A DNA stretch of 63,693 nucleotides, the filler included, from Octopus bimaculoides (taxonomy: Eukaryota), in NCBI RefSeq assembly GCF_001194135.2. It is 5 parts of 5 records of this genome, joined end to end, with 100 filler letters (N's around TTAATTAATTAA, not from the genome) between each part and the next. Parts side by side here need not be neighbours in the genome. Positions count along the whole stretch, not along the records: positions 26,657 to 44,990 come from NC_068985.1; positions 45,091 to 59,790 come from NC_068991.1; 3 more parts are not named here. One strand, given 5' to 3'. Both the position numbers and the translations under genes were made by a program. Below the pieces are notes generated by a model. It saw only the letters and a program-made list of their open reading frames with translations. It had not been told where the DNA came from and did not search any database. Shown here in pieces: positions 39,881 to 53,659 of the stretch (positions are counted from its first letter, which is position 1; the number at the start of each line of letters is the position of its first letter).

Positions 39881-42029
39881 CACATTTTCCTTTTTGCTTT
39901 TTCTCTCTATATGCTAAATTTAAATTCTTTCTGGAGCAATTTTCTGTCATCCATGTAGAGTCAATAAATTAAGCTATCTCTCTTACAAATATATAACCAT
40001 TGTACCATTGAAAGAAATCAATACAAACGAGTGTCTTGTATTAACACAGAATCTGGAATTAATAACTGAGGTTGGATGTGAGTTTATTTAGCATTCATGC
40101 CTTTTTCGAGTGCAGTCACAACCAGAACGTAGTGTTTCTTCAAAGGAAGCTCCTATGTTCTACTGCATTGATTTAAGTACAAAGTACAATTTTGCTATCA
40201 TAAGATGAATTAAATAAGCAAATTATTGAGTTTTTCTCTTTTTTTTTTAAATCAAATCTTGAGTAATTACTCGTCACAATTCTATGTATATACATAATTT
40301 CTACTAAACAGAAGATGAAATATAGAATTTGAAGCCAATATCTTCTCAGAACTATAGAATATTGGTTTCTTATTCACAAAAGAGAAGACATTTCGGTGGA
40401 CGAGAATACGGCACTGGGTGATGTGAAATGGCTTCAATCGGTTTTCAAAGTACGTTGCAGGTGAGGCACTTAATTCGTCGCCCGGTTTAACAGTACTACC
40501 TGGCATTTGGGTCATTGCGTGTCTTTAACAGAGTCCACTTTGTTGAAGTATTTGGACTAAGTATGTGGTTCGAGGAAAACTCGATATCTTGATGCTCTGC
40601 TTCCTACAACTACAACCAGTCAGTGGCAAGTTCCCTCTCCCTGTCCTCACCAGTCTCGGAGATCACGGTTTCCTTTCCAACACCTCCGACGACTATAACA
40701 ACTCCACGCTCCACAGGATCCGGAGCAGAGAAACTACAAAGACGTACAACAACAACAAAAAAAAGACTAGTCAGTGAGAAAAAAAAAGCAACATACTTCG
40801 ACTTCCAAATGGACCCCATACAATATGCATGAATAAATACACTGTATTGTCGATAGCTATACGAAATTTGGTATGTCATCGGTATCTTCCATCGAGAATG
40901 ACCTGGACCTAAACAACAACGGCATTGAATATCGATAAAAAATCGAAAATTTAATTTACACTGTATTGTTTAGAGTAAACTAAGTGTTGTTAAGAGAGGC
41001 TACTAGATCTGTCCTTAACCAGCACACACACCATCTTCATCATTACCATCATTAAATCAGCATGAATAACGTCAAAGATTAAGCTACCAGTGGTCAGGTT
41101 ATGATTTTTCGAAGTCATAAGAAGTTACTTGTCTTCAGTTTTTGTAGCCTTTAGTGGAGCTGAAATATATCTTCATTTTGAAACGACATTGGTTTGTTGC
41201 ACTTAGATTTTCCCGCCGGAGAAACTGAATCAGAACCACAGGCCATAGAAAGACTTGCTAGTAGAATAGAAAAGCTTCCTTTGAAGAAACACACTGTTTT
41301 CATTGTGACTGCACTCGAGAAAAGCATGAATGCTAAATAAACTCACATCCAACTTCAATCATTAATAATTTCAGCTCCATTAAGGGCTACAAAAACTGAA
41401 GATAAGCAACTTCTTATAACTTCCAAAAATCATAACCTGACCAGGGGTAGCTTAATCTTTGACGTTATTCATGCTGATTTGATGAGTGTACTTATATAAG
41501 ACACTCATTTGTACTAATTTTTATTTCAATGGTATAAGGTTACATATTTGTAAGAGAGGGACATAGCTTATTTTATTGACTCTGCATGAATGACAGAAAA
41601 TTGCTCCAGAAAGAATTTAAATTTAGCATATAGAGAGAAAAGGCAAAATGAAAAAGTGGAATATGCTAGAAAAATTAAACAATTGGGGATGGAAAAGAAC
41701 ATCTGAAGAAAGCAATGGAAATTTGCGGAGGAAGACGAAAAATCAAGCCGCGCGGTACTGTACGAGGAGTTGAACAGAAAATGTCATTTTGTGCAACGAA
41801 ATATACGCCGATATGAGTGAAGAAAAGAAAGCAAAAGGACTCGTGAACAATTTCTGAAGAACTCGTACGGGGTTACGAAGAAGCTGTTCACTGAACTAAA
41901 CAGTGGTACTCTATCATGCACAAAAGAAGTACTGGATGCTCATATGAAAGAAATCTACAGCGATCCAAATCGTTACCAGCCACTGCAGTCTATAAATGAA
42001 CTGAAGTATTCTTTAGAACTTGATATCAA
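39537..42029. repeat. Large imperfect inverted repeat (arms 39537-~40160 and ~41260-42029)
   Basis: The right arm is the reverse complement of the HERO 5' segment plus flanking host DNA. Both arms end at the palindrome TTGATATCAA. Confidence 0.92.
41054..41480. repeat. 113-nt inverted repeat (41054-41166 and 41368-41480) with a 201-nt spacer
   Basis: 105/113 identity by hand alignment. Confidence 0.92.
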
Positions 42030-43589
42030 GGCGAACACAAAGGATATCGTGATATGAGATATACAAAAAGATAAGATGGTAAAATTGAAATGCCTTTAAT
42101 CATAGATCTACGTAATCAGATCTAACCTAAGGTTATATGAAAAACAAGTACGCAGAACTAACTCGGTTCAACGGTTGGGGGATAATTGCCGCTGCTATGA
42201 ATACAATGCAGTATCCTTGGCAGAGACAAGATCCGAACCATCGACCTGTTGACTGGCTGCTTGATACTTTATCCTTTCGACCACTATGTACTATGTTACA
42301 ACAATACTGACTGACAGATAAATAAATTAGTTTATAGTAGTGCCTAACAGTTTAAAACAAAAGAGAAAGTTTGACAATATGTTACCTACCATTAAACTCT
42401 TGCATGCTTTTTAGCGGAGTCTACCCTGTTGCAAGCTTTTGAGTTAGGTCTCAAGCCTGAGGATAACTTTCTCCCTTTCTCCTACAAATCTTTGGGACCA
42501 TGAGAAAGATTATGGACTCTGGTCTTCCACCACTGACTAAACAATTAAAAGAAAATGCAGACACAAAAGAGTGAATATGCACAATTAGAGAAAAGAACAG
42601 AAAAAAGGAAGGATGGGAGGAAGTGAATGAACAAAGAAAATACACAGAAAACATTTTGATTATCTACTTTATATTTAGCATCGTTTAAATGCGGTTGTCG
42701 ACATTGTTCGTGGCTGCTACTAGTTTATGACATGTTGTCATATTGATTGATTTAACCCAAGTGTCAATTGAAAGACACGTGTTCGACGATTGGTCATTGT
42801 TGAGGTTATGCCTGTTAAGCTAGTAGCAAAACATTCAACATTAATTAACCTAAAACGGCCATATAGAAAGGTGCATATGGTGTCTATATTTACGGTATAT
42901 TTATTTTACTGTCTTCCGTTTTTAAGATGTTAAGCATTTAAATATAGATTTCTCAAGTAATAGATAGATAGTTAGATAGATAGTGACAGACAGATTAACA
43001 AGCAGACAGACTCATAGACGGACTGACGTACGGACGGACGGATGGACAGTTCCAGTATGGTTACAGCCAGACACACACATACACATAGGATTGCGCTTCG
43101 TCATTGCGTTAATAGAGACAAGTTTTAAGAACTCAGTATACTTATATTTCATAGCAAGTCACCAGGTCAGTACACAACATAATAGCAATTAATAAGTTCG
43201 GATCTTTTCCTTTTGGCCGGCACATAGAAAAAATAATGTTTTGTAATTAAACACTTTCAAATTTCGTATACTGGTAGAATGTGCCATTAAAAACATCATT
43301 TACTCTTGGCGTGTTTAAGAAAATTCTTCATTTTCGAAGTTATTTCGTGTTAAAGTTGTCGCATTTCGGTAATTTCAACCAATCAATGACGTCTATTGAG
43401 GTGAAAACAATTACTGCTGTGGTTTGTCAACAAGACGTTCTGGCGGTGTAAATTTACTTTGTCACTGTTATTTCTGATATATTTACATTTGAGATACACG
43501 TGTATATAGTTTAATCAATTCGGTTATTAGTTATTTTTTTAAATTCCAGGTTTTGGTGAAATGTTTTTGAATAACATAGATAAATAAAG

Positions 43590-44452
43590 AAATGGAGTTA
43601 AACGCAGGTGTTATTCAAATCTTTTTACTTCCGACATATGTTTCGAAGAAAACATTGATATTATTCCAGAGGGAATAAAATGATGTAAAACAACGCAATC
43701 TTTTCATCGGGGAAAAAAAGAAAAACGAAACACATCAGTAAGACATTTTAACAGAATTTGATCTGCTTACCAGCCAAAAAGTTTTGCCAGGACATACCTT
43801 GGTATTTGGATAATTATCTTTAGAAGTCCTCGACGTACCTTTATAACGAAAAAGGTAGTCTTAAATAACGGTTATCTCCCTTTGGCTGCAGAATTACATT
43901 ACTCGATTTAGTATTCTTATTCGAACTAAAATTAATATTGTTAATATCGTTATGACTTGATTTCATTTCCTGATTAATAGAAGTAAAATTAATGTCAATA
44001 GGGTTAATATAAGTAATTTTTTCTTTATAGCCTGCTTTAAGTAAGGGAGAATTATAAAATTCAGCTTTATCGTTGAAGATGTCAACATTAGAAGATAGTC
44101 AAAAAATCTAAGTGAAATATTCCTAACTAAATTCTTTGTAATAGCCTTAGAGTGATTACTGAATGAGCTAATATATTTTTAATTAGTTGAGGGTTTATGG
44201 TATGGGAAATATGAACCATTATGTAAGTTAAGGATAATATCCAAACAGTTGGCTGTAGTCATATCATCGTCAAAAACAATGTTTAAGCCCATGTTTCGGA
44301 AAAATTTAAGCAAGCTATTCTTAACCCTTTGCAATTTTTGGTTAGAAGCATTTTGAAGGTAGAGTAGACAATCATCACGATATAGATCTCCATTGATGTT
44401 TAGGAATTGGTCAGCCATCTCATAAAGGATAACACCTGCGTTTAACTCCATT
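43590..44452 (-). mobile_element. Penelope-like element RT fragment with short inverted termini
   Basis: GDLYRDDCL...KFFRNMGLNI...NCLDIILNLHNGSYFPYHKP, then SSNVDIFNDKAEFYNSPLLKAGY. aaatggagttaaacgcaggtgttat occurs inverted at both ends. Confidence 0.75.
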
Positions 44453-44904
44453 TATCTATCTATCTATCTATCTATCTACCTCGTTTAGGCTTAGCAGCCT
44501 TTCCTGCTTGTTTTCACTGTCCTTTTTGTGTTACCTATTTTGACCCTCCGCAAAATCCCAAATTTTATTTAATTTGCTTTGCGGGAGCAACTGTTTTATC
44601 GGAAGCGTATATTGTTGTTAAATACTCGAAATACGAGACTAGAAAAACAGCCAACAACTGATGAAGGGTNNNNNNNNNNTTAAATACTCGAAATACGAGA
44701 CTAGAAAAACAGCCAACAACTGATGAAGGGTCGTTCTTTGTGTTGTTTGTTTTGTTTTACATTTGTGTGTTTCGTTGTTCGAAAGAATAGTTCATGTTCC
44801 ATGTACTCGTGCTTCGTATTTTTTTGTTGTACACATTTCATGACGTCCTATGCCCACATATGCTTATATATATACATATATACATGTATATATATATATT
44901 TATG

Positions 44905-44943
<39 letters not shown>

Positions 44944-44990
44944 TTTATATTATATATATACATATATACATGTATATATATATATTTATG

Positions 44991-45090
44991 NNNNNNNNNN
45001 NNNNNNNNNNNNNNNNNNNNNNNNNNNNNNNNNNTTAATTAATTAANNNNNNNNNNNNNNNNNNNNNNNNNNNNNNNNNNNNNNNNNNNN
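44991..45090. other. Artificial scaffold-join spacer 44N-TTAATTAATTAA-44N
   Basis: Same 100-nt layout. Confidence 0.95.
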
Positions 45091-45129
<39 letters not shown>

Positions 45130-45450
45130 CACATATATATATATGTATATGAATGTATGTATGTATATATATATTTATATGTATATATATATATGTGTGT
45201 GTGTATGCATATATATATACACACATATATATGTATGCATGTATGTGCGTATTATGTATTTATGTACACGTATGTGTGTGTTTGTGTTTGTCCCCGAAAA
45301 CCGATAGACAACCGGTGTTGGTTTCTTTACGTCGCCGTAGTTTAGCAGTTCAGCAAAAGACATCGACAGAGCAAATACCGATCTTAAAACATACAAACAA
45401 ATAAAAAAGCATTCGAGGTCTGTTCGACCGCGAAACCCTTCAGGGTAGTG

Positions 45451-45498
<48 letters not shown>

Positions 45499-46150
45499 CC
45501 TTCCAAGTACGGCTGACATCAAAGGGCGGAAACAAATGAAAGATATATATATTAAAAAAATGAATGAAAAAGCGATAAAAGATTATAATAGCAAATTAAA
45601 GAAAACAAAATTTTGCCAAGGAAAGGTGTTAACCGCCTCCATTAATTTACTCTAATTCTCTATATAGGTCATTTGATAATTAACACAATTAAAAGATACT
45701 AATGAATGAATCTTATTTTTTATGACTCATTTATTCATACAGTTTAGCAGTGAGCTATTTCACAATGTTCTATATACAAAAGTGTAGCAGTAATTCAGGT
45801 GTGAACACACAAAGTTATGGGATAGCGTATCTTTAATAAGTTGGTAACATTAATGACATCGAGAGTGTGGGCCAATTATTTGACTTTGCAGAGACATCAG
45901 TTACTAGATTTAATTAAGTAAAACAAGAAAAAAATTAATATATACATAATTAGAATATAAAATTACACTTTTATGTTCTACTCACACACCCACATATCTG
46001 TGTGCGTATGTATATATATATATGTGTGTTTGTGTGAGTGTGTGTGTGTGTGAGTGTGTGTGCGTGTACACACACGCACATGTACACGTACATACATATA
46101 CGTACAAATCTACATATGCCTCTATATAAATACTCACACACATATATATA

Positions 46151-46365
46151 CAGTGTGGCCCAAAAGTAGGTTTACAGTTATTCAAACTATCTCTTTCGCA
46201 TTCATATATTAACAGTTTAGATCTTAATTATAAAAAATATATGAAACCATTATTCTATGCTAATTCAGTTAATTGTCAACTAGAAATTTAAATGTAATAA
46301 AATGTTTTAAAAGAAATTTAAAGTGCTTACGTGATAACTGTTAAACCTACTTTTGGGCTACCCTG
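46151..46365. mobile_element. Tc1/mariner-type MITE
   Basis: TA TSDs and ~29-nt TIRs: cagtgtggcccaaaagtaggtttacagtt / aactgttaaacctacttttgggctaccctg. Confidence 0.88.
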
Positions 46366-46459
46366 TATATAAATAAATATAAATATTTATGAAAGACACA
46401 GAAGCCGACAGACAGAGCTAAATAGATAGACAGATAGAAAGAGGGAGAGAGAGAGAGAA

Positions 46460-46496
<37 letters not shown>

Positions 46497-47449
46497 TAAA
46501 TAGATAGATAGACAGACAGACAGAAAACAGACAGACTGATTGATTGATTGATTGATCGATTGACTGATGTCGTCCTCTGAAGTTGATAGAATATTCGTTG
46601 TTCTAAAAATGACGCGAAATATTGATAATCCAAGATTCCTGGTCTGAACTTGTGTCGACACAGATATTGTTGTATTTCGGGAGGGTCATTACGCCAATAA
46701 CAAGCACACGCGCTGGTTCTGTTTAACTTCTGTAATATTCGTTTATGGATGACTCAACCAATTGACAAGTCGATTATTTGATTAATTATTCGGTTAATAA
46801 ATCAATCGGTTATATTTTTTTCTTGGTTAGTATTTTTTAAAATCTCTGCGGCACATATGTGCACTCTCCTCCACGCACCAGTTCATCAGGCACCTTTATG
46901 GAAAGAATCAGGTGAAATTTATCACCCGAGAGTAAATACAATTCAACCAGCCAGACAGCTTCTACACATTTTTCGTCTTGTCCCACTACATTCACCAATC
47001 GTAGGTCGATTAGAGGCAATAGTAGAATGATAACACGTTTAGTTCCCGAGCGGACAGTTAGCACAAGGGAGATAATAATTTCTACATAATATTTGGCGGG
47101 ATTAGCAGTTTGAAGTTGAAATTCAGGAGATGCATAAAGAAAAGATATTAAATTATTTTTACACACAAATATTGAACCCGGAGTCATTTGATTTCAACGC
47201 TAACTTCTTAACCACATGACCATGCCTATACACGCTTTCTTTAGTTTTTTTTTTTTTTTTTTTTTTTGTCAGACTGTTTTACTGATTCTGGTATTAAGTG
47301 TGTAACTGAATACCATAAAACATGAAACAAAAGGAAACATCACGTGACAAGTTTTTGTTGTTTTTCGTAATGTAATATTATCAGCTGGTTGCTAAAAGTT
47401 ATTCGGAGAAGTGAGGGTAGGGTTTGAATCTTCTTCCATCTTTTACTTT

Positions 47450-47770
47450 GTTTCAGACATTCGACTGCGGCCATGCTGGAGCACCTCCTTGAAGGGATTT
47501 TAATCGAACAAATCAATCCCCCTACATTTTTAAATCAGATGTCTCTTTTATCGATCACTTTTGCTGAACCGCTTGTCAGGCGGTGAAACAAATATACATA
47601 CACGCACTCATATATTTAACGGGCTTCCATACAGTTTCCGTCTACCAAATTCACTCCTAAACTGCTGGTTGGTTCGAAGCTATAGTAGGTAACACTTGCC
47701 CGGGGTACCGCGCGATGGGACTGATCCTAAAACCACGCGGTCACAAAGTAAGCTTCTTAACCACAAACCC
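47450..47770 (-). mobile_element. SINE (gactgcggccatgctgg / ggtagacggaaactg family)
   Basis: Matches the 29010 and 54490 copies. Confidence 0.7.
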
Positions 47771-49011
47771 AGGTCTGTGCTTTCTTTTTCTTTTTCATTT
47801 TTTGTTTTTTTCTTTTTCTTTTTCTTCTTTTGTTTCGTAATGTAATATAATCAGTTGATCTGCTAGAAGGTATCTGGGCGGGTGGGGGTTCACAAGATAA
47901 TTAATAAAGATGGGAAAGGAGAAAGAGGAGGAGGATGACGACGACGACGAGGATGAAATGGGTAGACTGGGGAGAGGAGACAGACAAAAGATGGAAGGCG
48001 AAGAGGGTGAGCTTGGTGGACCACAAATTAAAGCCTCTACTCTTTGTCCTGTGAAGCTTGCGTGTATAGGTACGTGTGCACGCGTGAGCCACTGAGCGCG
48101 TGCGTGTACGTACGAGCGTGCGTACGAGCATGCGTGCGTGCGTGCGTGTGTGTGAAGGAGTAGAACACATGTTCCACATGGTAATGTAAGAAAGTTGTAA
48201 ACCTACTGCGATGATGATCAGAGAGATGCTTCAGATAAAACACTGTCAACTGATACACACGCACGCACACACACTCACATACACGCACTTACACACATCG
48301 CACTCACACACACGCACGCATATACCACACACCACACACACTGAAAGACATATATGTACGTATCTATATGTATGTATACATATATGTATTTATCTATAAA
48401 TATGTATATATATATATATATATATANNNNNNNNNNNNNNNNNNNNNNNNNNNNNNNNNNNNNNNNNNNNNNNNNNNNNNNNNNNNNNNNNNNNNNNNNN
48501 NNNNNNNNNNNNNNNNNNNNNNNNNNNNNNNNNNNNNNNNNNNNNNNNNNNNNNNNNNNNNNNNNNNNNNNNNNNNNNNNNNNNNNNNNNNNNNNNNNNN
48601 NNNNNNNNNNNNNNNNNNNNNNNNNNNNNNNNNNNNNNNNNNNNNNNNNNNNNNNNNNNNNNNNNNNNNNNNNNNNNNNNNNNNNNNNNNNNNNNNNNNN
48701 NNNNNNNNNNNNNNNNNNNNNNNNNNNNNNNNNNNNNNNNNNNNNNNNNNNNNNNNNNNNNNNNNNNNNNNNNNNNNNNNNNNNNNNNNNNNNNNNNNNN
48801 NNNNNNNNNNNNNNNNNNNNNNNNNNNNNNNNNNNNNNNNNNNNNNNNNNNNNNNNNNNNNNNNNNNNNNNNNNNNNNNNNNNNNNNNNNNNNNNNNNNN
48901 NNNNNNNNNNNNNNNNNNNNNNNNNNNNNNNNNNNNNNNNNNNNNNNNNNNNNNNNNNNNNNNNNNNNNNNNNNNNNNNNNNNNNNNNNNNNNNNNNNNN
49001 NNNNNNNNNNN

Positions 49012-49044
<33 letters not shown>

Positions 49045-49045
<1 letters not shown>

Positions 49046-49393
49046 CGGTAAATGGTAAAGTCCCCCTCCGGTCATGAATGATCATGGGATTGCACCTAGA
49101 AACTTCCTCTCCGAGGTACAAGTCTGGACAAGATTGTTTTATGGAAGACCAGTAGTTGCCCCTGCATACCAGCCTCCCCCCTCCACACCACCAATGTTAT
49201 CCAAAGAAACGGCAAAGGTCGATACAGCTTGACACCTGTGACATCGCAATTCAATTTCTACAGGTGAGTGAACTGGAGCAATGTAAAATAAAGTGTCTTG
49301 CTCAAGGACACAACACAGCCCAATCCGGTAATCGAACTCACTACCTCATGATTGTGAGCTTGACGCTCTAACCACTGAGCCATGCGCCTTCAC
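49045..49393 (-). mobile_element. tRNA-headed SINE with a central gtccttgagcaagacac domain
   Basis: The reverse complement begins gtgaaggcgcatggctcagtggttagagc...gagttcgattacc (A/B boxes). Confidence 0.75.
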
Positions 49394-49910
49394 TTTACAG
49401 ATGAGTGAACAGGAGCAACGCTTTTGCCAAAATTTGAAGCAAATTTTTTCGGTCGATCAATAAACTAAATACCAGTATTATACTAATAATAACTAAATAC
49501 CAGTATTATACTCGGGTCGATTTAATCGACAGAAGACCAAGATGTTTTAGTCTGGTTGCTATAATGAAAGAGGTTGTGTGTTGAACACTGAAAAACCTGA
49601 GGGCAGAAACTTTCCTCTGTGGTCACGTTATGTTTATTTTCATCTCTTACTTATTTTAGTCATTGCATTGTGGCCATGCTGGGGCACCGCCTCTATCTGA
49701 TTAGTCAAAACAAATCGACTCCAATACATAGGGATTTTTTTTTTTTTTTTACAGTCAAGCACTTATTCTATCAGTGTCTTTGGCGGAACTGTAAATTTAC
49801 AGGGACGAAAACAAACCAATACTGGTTGTCACGTAGTCATACATCCCAACGCTTCTAAACCAATCTGTGTTGACTTTCAACGGAAGTTGAATTTAACGTA
49901 CGATAGCATC

Positions 49911-49965
<55 letters not shown>

Positions 49966-50262
49966 CGTATGTGTTTGTGTGTGTATGTATATATGACGGG
50001 CTTCCATACGGGCTTGCGTAAGGTGTCGTGCACTGAAGCTGAACCCAGATTCGTGCGGTTGCAAAGCAAACTTACCTATACACCCACATACGGGGAGAAT
50101 CTTGAAGGCGCGTAGGGAGGGGCTGCCGACCAGAACATTTGTGAGTGAGAAATATGAATATGGTCTGAGTAGCCCGGGGAATTTACGGGGGTGTAAACAC
50201 ACCAACACTGGTTGTCAAGCAGTGGTAGGAGACAAAAACAGACGCAAAGGCGCACACACGCA

Positions 50263-50430
50263 TAGTTGTAGTGGCTGTGTGGTAACAAGCTTGCTTTCCA
50301 ACGACGGGGTACTGGCTTCAGTCTCACTACGTGGCACATTGGGCAGGTGTCTTCTACTGTAGCCTCGAGCCGACGAAAGCCTTGTGAGTGGATTTGGTAG
50401 ACGGAAACTAAAAGAAGCCCGTCGTATTTA
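50263..50430 (+). mobile_element. SINE head (gtggctgtgtggtaa...gtgagtggatttggtagacggaaact)
   Basis: Homologous to 20865, 51270 and 54490. Confidence 0.75.
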
Positions 50431-52003
50431 TATANNNNNNNNNNNNNNNNNNNNNNNNNNNNNNNNNNNNNNNNNNNNNNNNNNNNNNNNNNNNNNNNNN
50501 NNNNNNNNNNNNNNNNNNNNNNNNNNNNNNNNNNNNNNNNNNNNNNNNNNNNNNNNNNNNNNNNNNNNNNNNNNNNNNNNNNNNNNNNNNNNNNNNNNNN
50601 NNNNNNNNNNNNNNNNNNNNNNNNNNNNNNNNNNNNNNNNNNNNNNNNNNNNNNNNNNNNNNNNNNNNNNNNNNNNNNNNNNNNNNNNNNNNNNNNNNNN
50701 NNNNNNNNNNNNNNNNNNNNNNNNNNNNNNNNNNNNNNNNNNNNNNNNNNNNNNNNNNNNNNNNNNNNNNNNNNNNNNNNNNNNNNNNNNNNNNNNNNNN
50801 NNNNNNNNNNNNNNNNNNNNNNNNNNNNNNNNNNNNNNNNNNNNNNNNNNNNNNNNNNNNNNNNNNNNNNNNNNNNNNNNNNNNNNNNNNNNNNNNNNNN
50901 NNNNNNNNNNNNNNNNNNNNNNNNNNNNNNNNNNNNNNNNNNNNNNNNNNNNNNNNNNNNNNNNNNNNNNNNNNNNNNNNNNNNNNNNNNNNNNNNNNNN
51001 NNNNNNNNNNNNNNNNNNNNNNNNNNNNNNNNNNNNNNNNNNNNNNNNNNNNNNNNNNNNNNNNNNNNNNNNNNNNNNNNNNNNNNNNNNNNNNNNNNNN
51101 NNNNNNNNNNNNNNNNNNNNNNNNNNNNNNNNNNNNNNNNNNNNNNNNNNNNNNNNNNNNNNNNNNNNNNNNNNNNNNNNNNNNNNNNNNNNNNNNNNNN
51201 NNNNNNNNNNNNNNNNNNNNNNNNNNNNNNNNNNNNNNNNNNNNNNATATATATATATATATATATATAAACGACGTTCTTCTTTCAGTTTGCGTTTACC
51301 ATATCCACTCGCAAGGCTGCGGACGTCCCGTGGCTATAGGAGAAAACATTTGGCCGAAGTGCCACGTAATGGGATTGAACCCGGAACCATGTGGTCGGGA
51401 AGCAAGTTTATTACCACCCTGCTGCACTATATTTTTTGTATGGTATTGTTATTGTTGTAGTCTCTGTGTAGGTCGTATGCGACTGTTTGGGAAGAATGTA
51501 ACACGTGTGATATAAAAATTGAATAAAAAGAAAAAAGAAAAAGAATGGTCTAACAGTGGTTTTCTACTCTCGTGTGATTCTGTGTGGGTGGTGCGCTTTG
51601 TATAAGTGCGTGCGTGGGTATGTCTGTGCGTGTGTGTGTGTGTGTGAGAGTGAGGGGGTGACAGAGAGGGATGGAGGACGATTGAGAGGGTGGTAGAGGG
51701 GAGAGGAAGGTTGTAACAATCCACAGAACGTCAGCTGGATAATAACACTTGGTTTCACTGACTGGTGGCACAATCTGGTCAATACGTAAGCCTCGTTTCT
51801 GATAGTTAAGCATTACGTGCGCGCGCGCGCGTGTGTACATACACTCACACATGCACACGCGTACAAGTGTATATACATCCACATGAGTTTGATGTCTATG
51901 TATATATATAATATATATATATATGTATGTATGTATGTGTCTGTGTGTAATATGCGTATATATATACACATATAGATATATATATATGCATATATATATA
52001 TGC

Positions 52004-52040
<37 letters not shown>

Positions 52041-52252
52041 NNNNNNNNNNTACATATATATACATATATATATATATATATACATGCATACATATATACA
52101 TATATATATATATGTATAAATGTATACATATATACATATATATATATATGTATATATATATATACATGCATGCATGTATATTTATTTACACACACCCATA
52201 TATATGCATACATATGCATATATATTTATATACACACACACACACACACACG

Positions 52253-52303
<51 letters not shown>

Positions 52304-52328
52304 GCACATATACGTGCATACCTGTATG

Positions 52329-52366
<38 letters not shown>

Positions 52367-52411
52367 GTCATACAGGTATGCATGTATGTATGTGCGTGTG
52401 CATGTGTGTGG

Positions 52412-52474
<63 letters not shown>

Positions 52475-52639
52475 TGACTGCATGTCTTATGGCCAGTTGG
52501 GATAACTGACAGCTTTCACACTTCATATTCTGGAAATGTGTGAAACAAAAATGTCTCGTTTTTTTTCACGGCACAATCAATGTCTAACTATAGGAAATCA
52601 TTGACAACAAAGATGGACCCAAAGGCCCAGTCTTCAAAT

Positions 52640-52643
52640 ACAT

Positions 52644-52730
<87 letters not shown>

Positions 52731-53028
52731 CAATAATACAGATGATGATGATGATGATGAATGTGGTTGTGGTGGTGGTTGTGGTTGTGACGATGATGAT
52801 TATGTTCATTGTGATGGTGATGATGATGATGAGGATGATGACATCTGTGGTTGTGGGGTGGGTGGTTGTGATGTTAAGATGTTGATCAAGACAATGATCT
52901 TGTTGTTGTTGTTTGTAGTGGTGGTGGTGGTCGTCGTCGTGGTGGTAGTGGTCGTCTGCTACTGCTGAATGTGGTGATGATGATAATGATAATGATGTTG
53001 ATAGTGACGTTGATAACGAAGGTGGTGG

Positions 53029-53060
<32 letters not shown>
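52640..53060. repeat. Compound trinucleotide array (ACT)n/(GAT)n/(GTG)n
   Basis: Directly visible. It produces poly-L, -S, -M, -V and -H ORFs. Confidence 0.9.
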
Positions 53061-53062
<2 letters not shown>

Positions 53063-53659
53063 AGGGAGTGGAAGTAGGAGAGATGACAAAATATCTGATT
53101 ACACCAATGATCTTTGTTCTGATTCAGAAGGGCTACTGAAGGGCAATCAATGAACCCTACTTGCCCAGGATCATCTTGACCACCAAGGGGACGAGTCCTC
53201 GCCCGGCTGTTGTTCTTCAATCTATAGGCCCATGCTCAGAATAGCTTCAGGCATCCTAACCATTTTTACCAGCGGCATCCAACTTTTGGTTGAGAGACAG
53301 AGAAAGAGAGAGAAAGCGGGGAGGGACCACTTCTTACCCAGACCTCGAAGTAGACATTGAAAAAGTCCGTGAGGTACCTGTCTTCATTCTTTTCAGCTCC
53401 ATTCATTCACAATCTCTTTCGCCATAACTACCAGAGAAAGGAACAACGTTTGCACCGACTTGTTAAAGAATGGTTATGGTTCGATCCTCAGGTTAAACTG
53501 GGCCGCTTGCTGGGTTCGTTTTATATGCAAGAACAGCTACCAGTTGCAGTAAACTTTTGCCAAGAATTCAACAAACCCATCTGGCATATAAACCGTAAAT
53601 TCCATAGGGCTTACCATCCTAGCTGGCTGAACTATTCCTTACGCTACTACACACTACTT

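Noticed and set aside
44618-44731. 52-nt exact direct repeat around 10 N (similar cases near 52041 and 55856)
   Set aside because: Typical unmerged contig-overlap artefact.
46837-47187. 116-aa ORF
   Set aside because: It starts inside a SINE-like remnant and has no domain or convincing splice signals.
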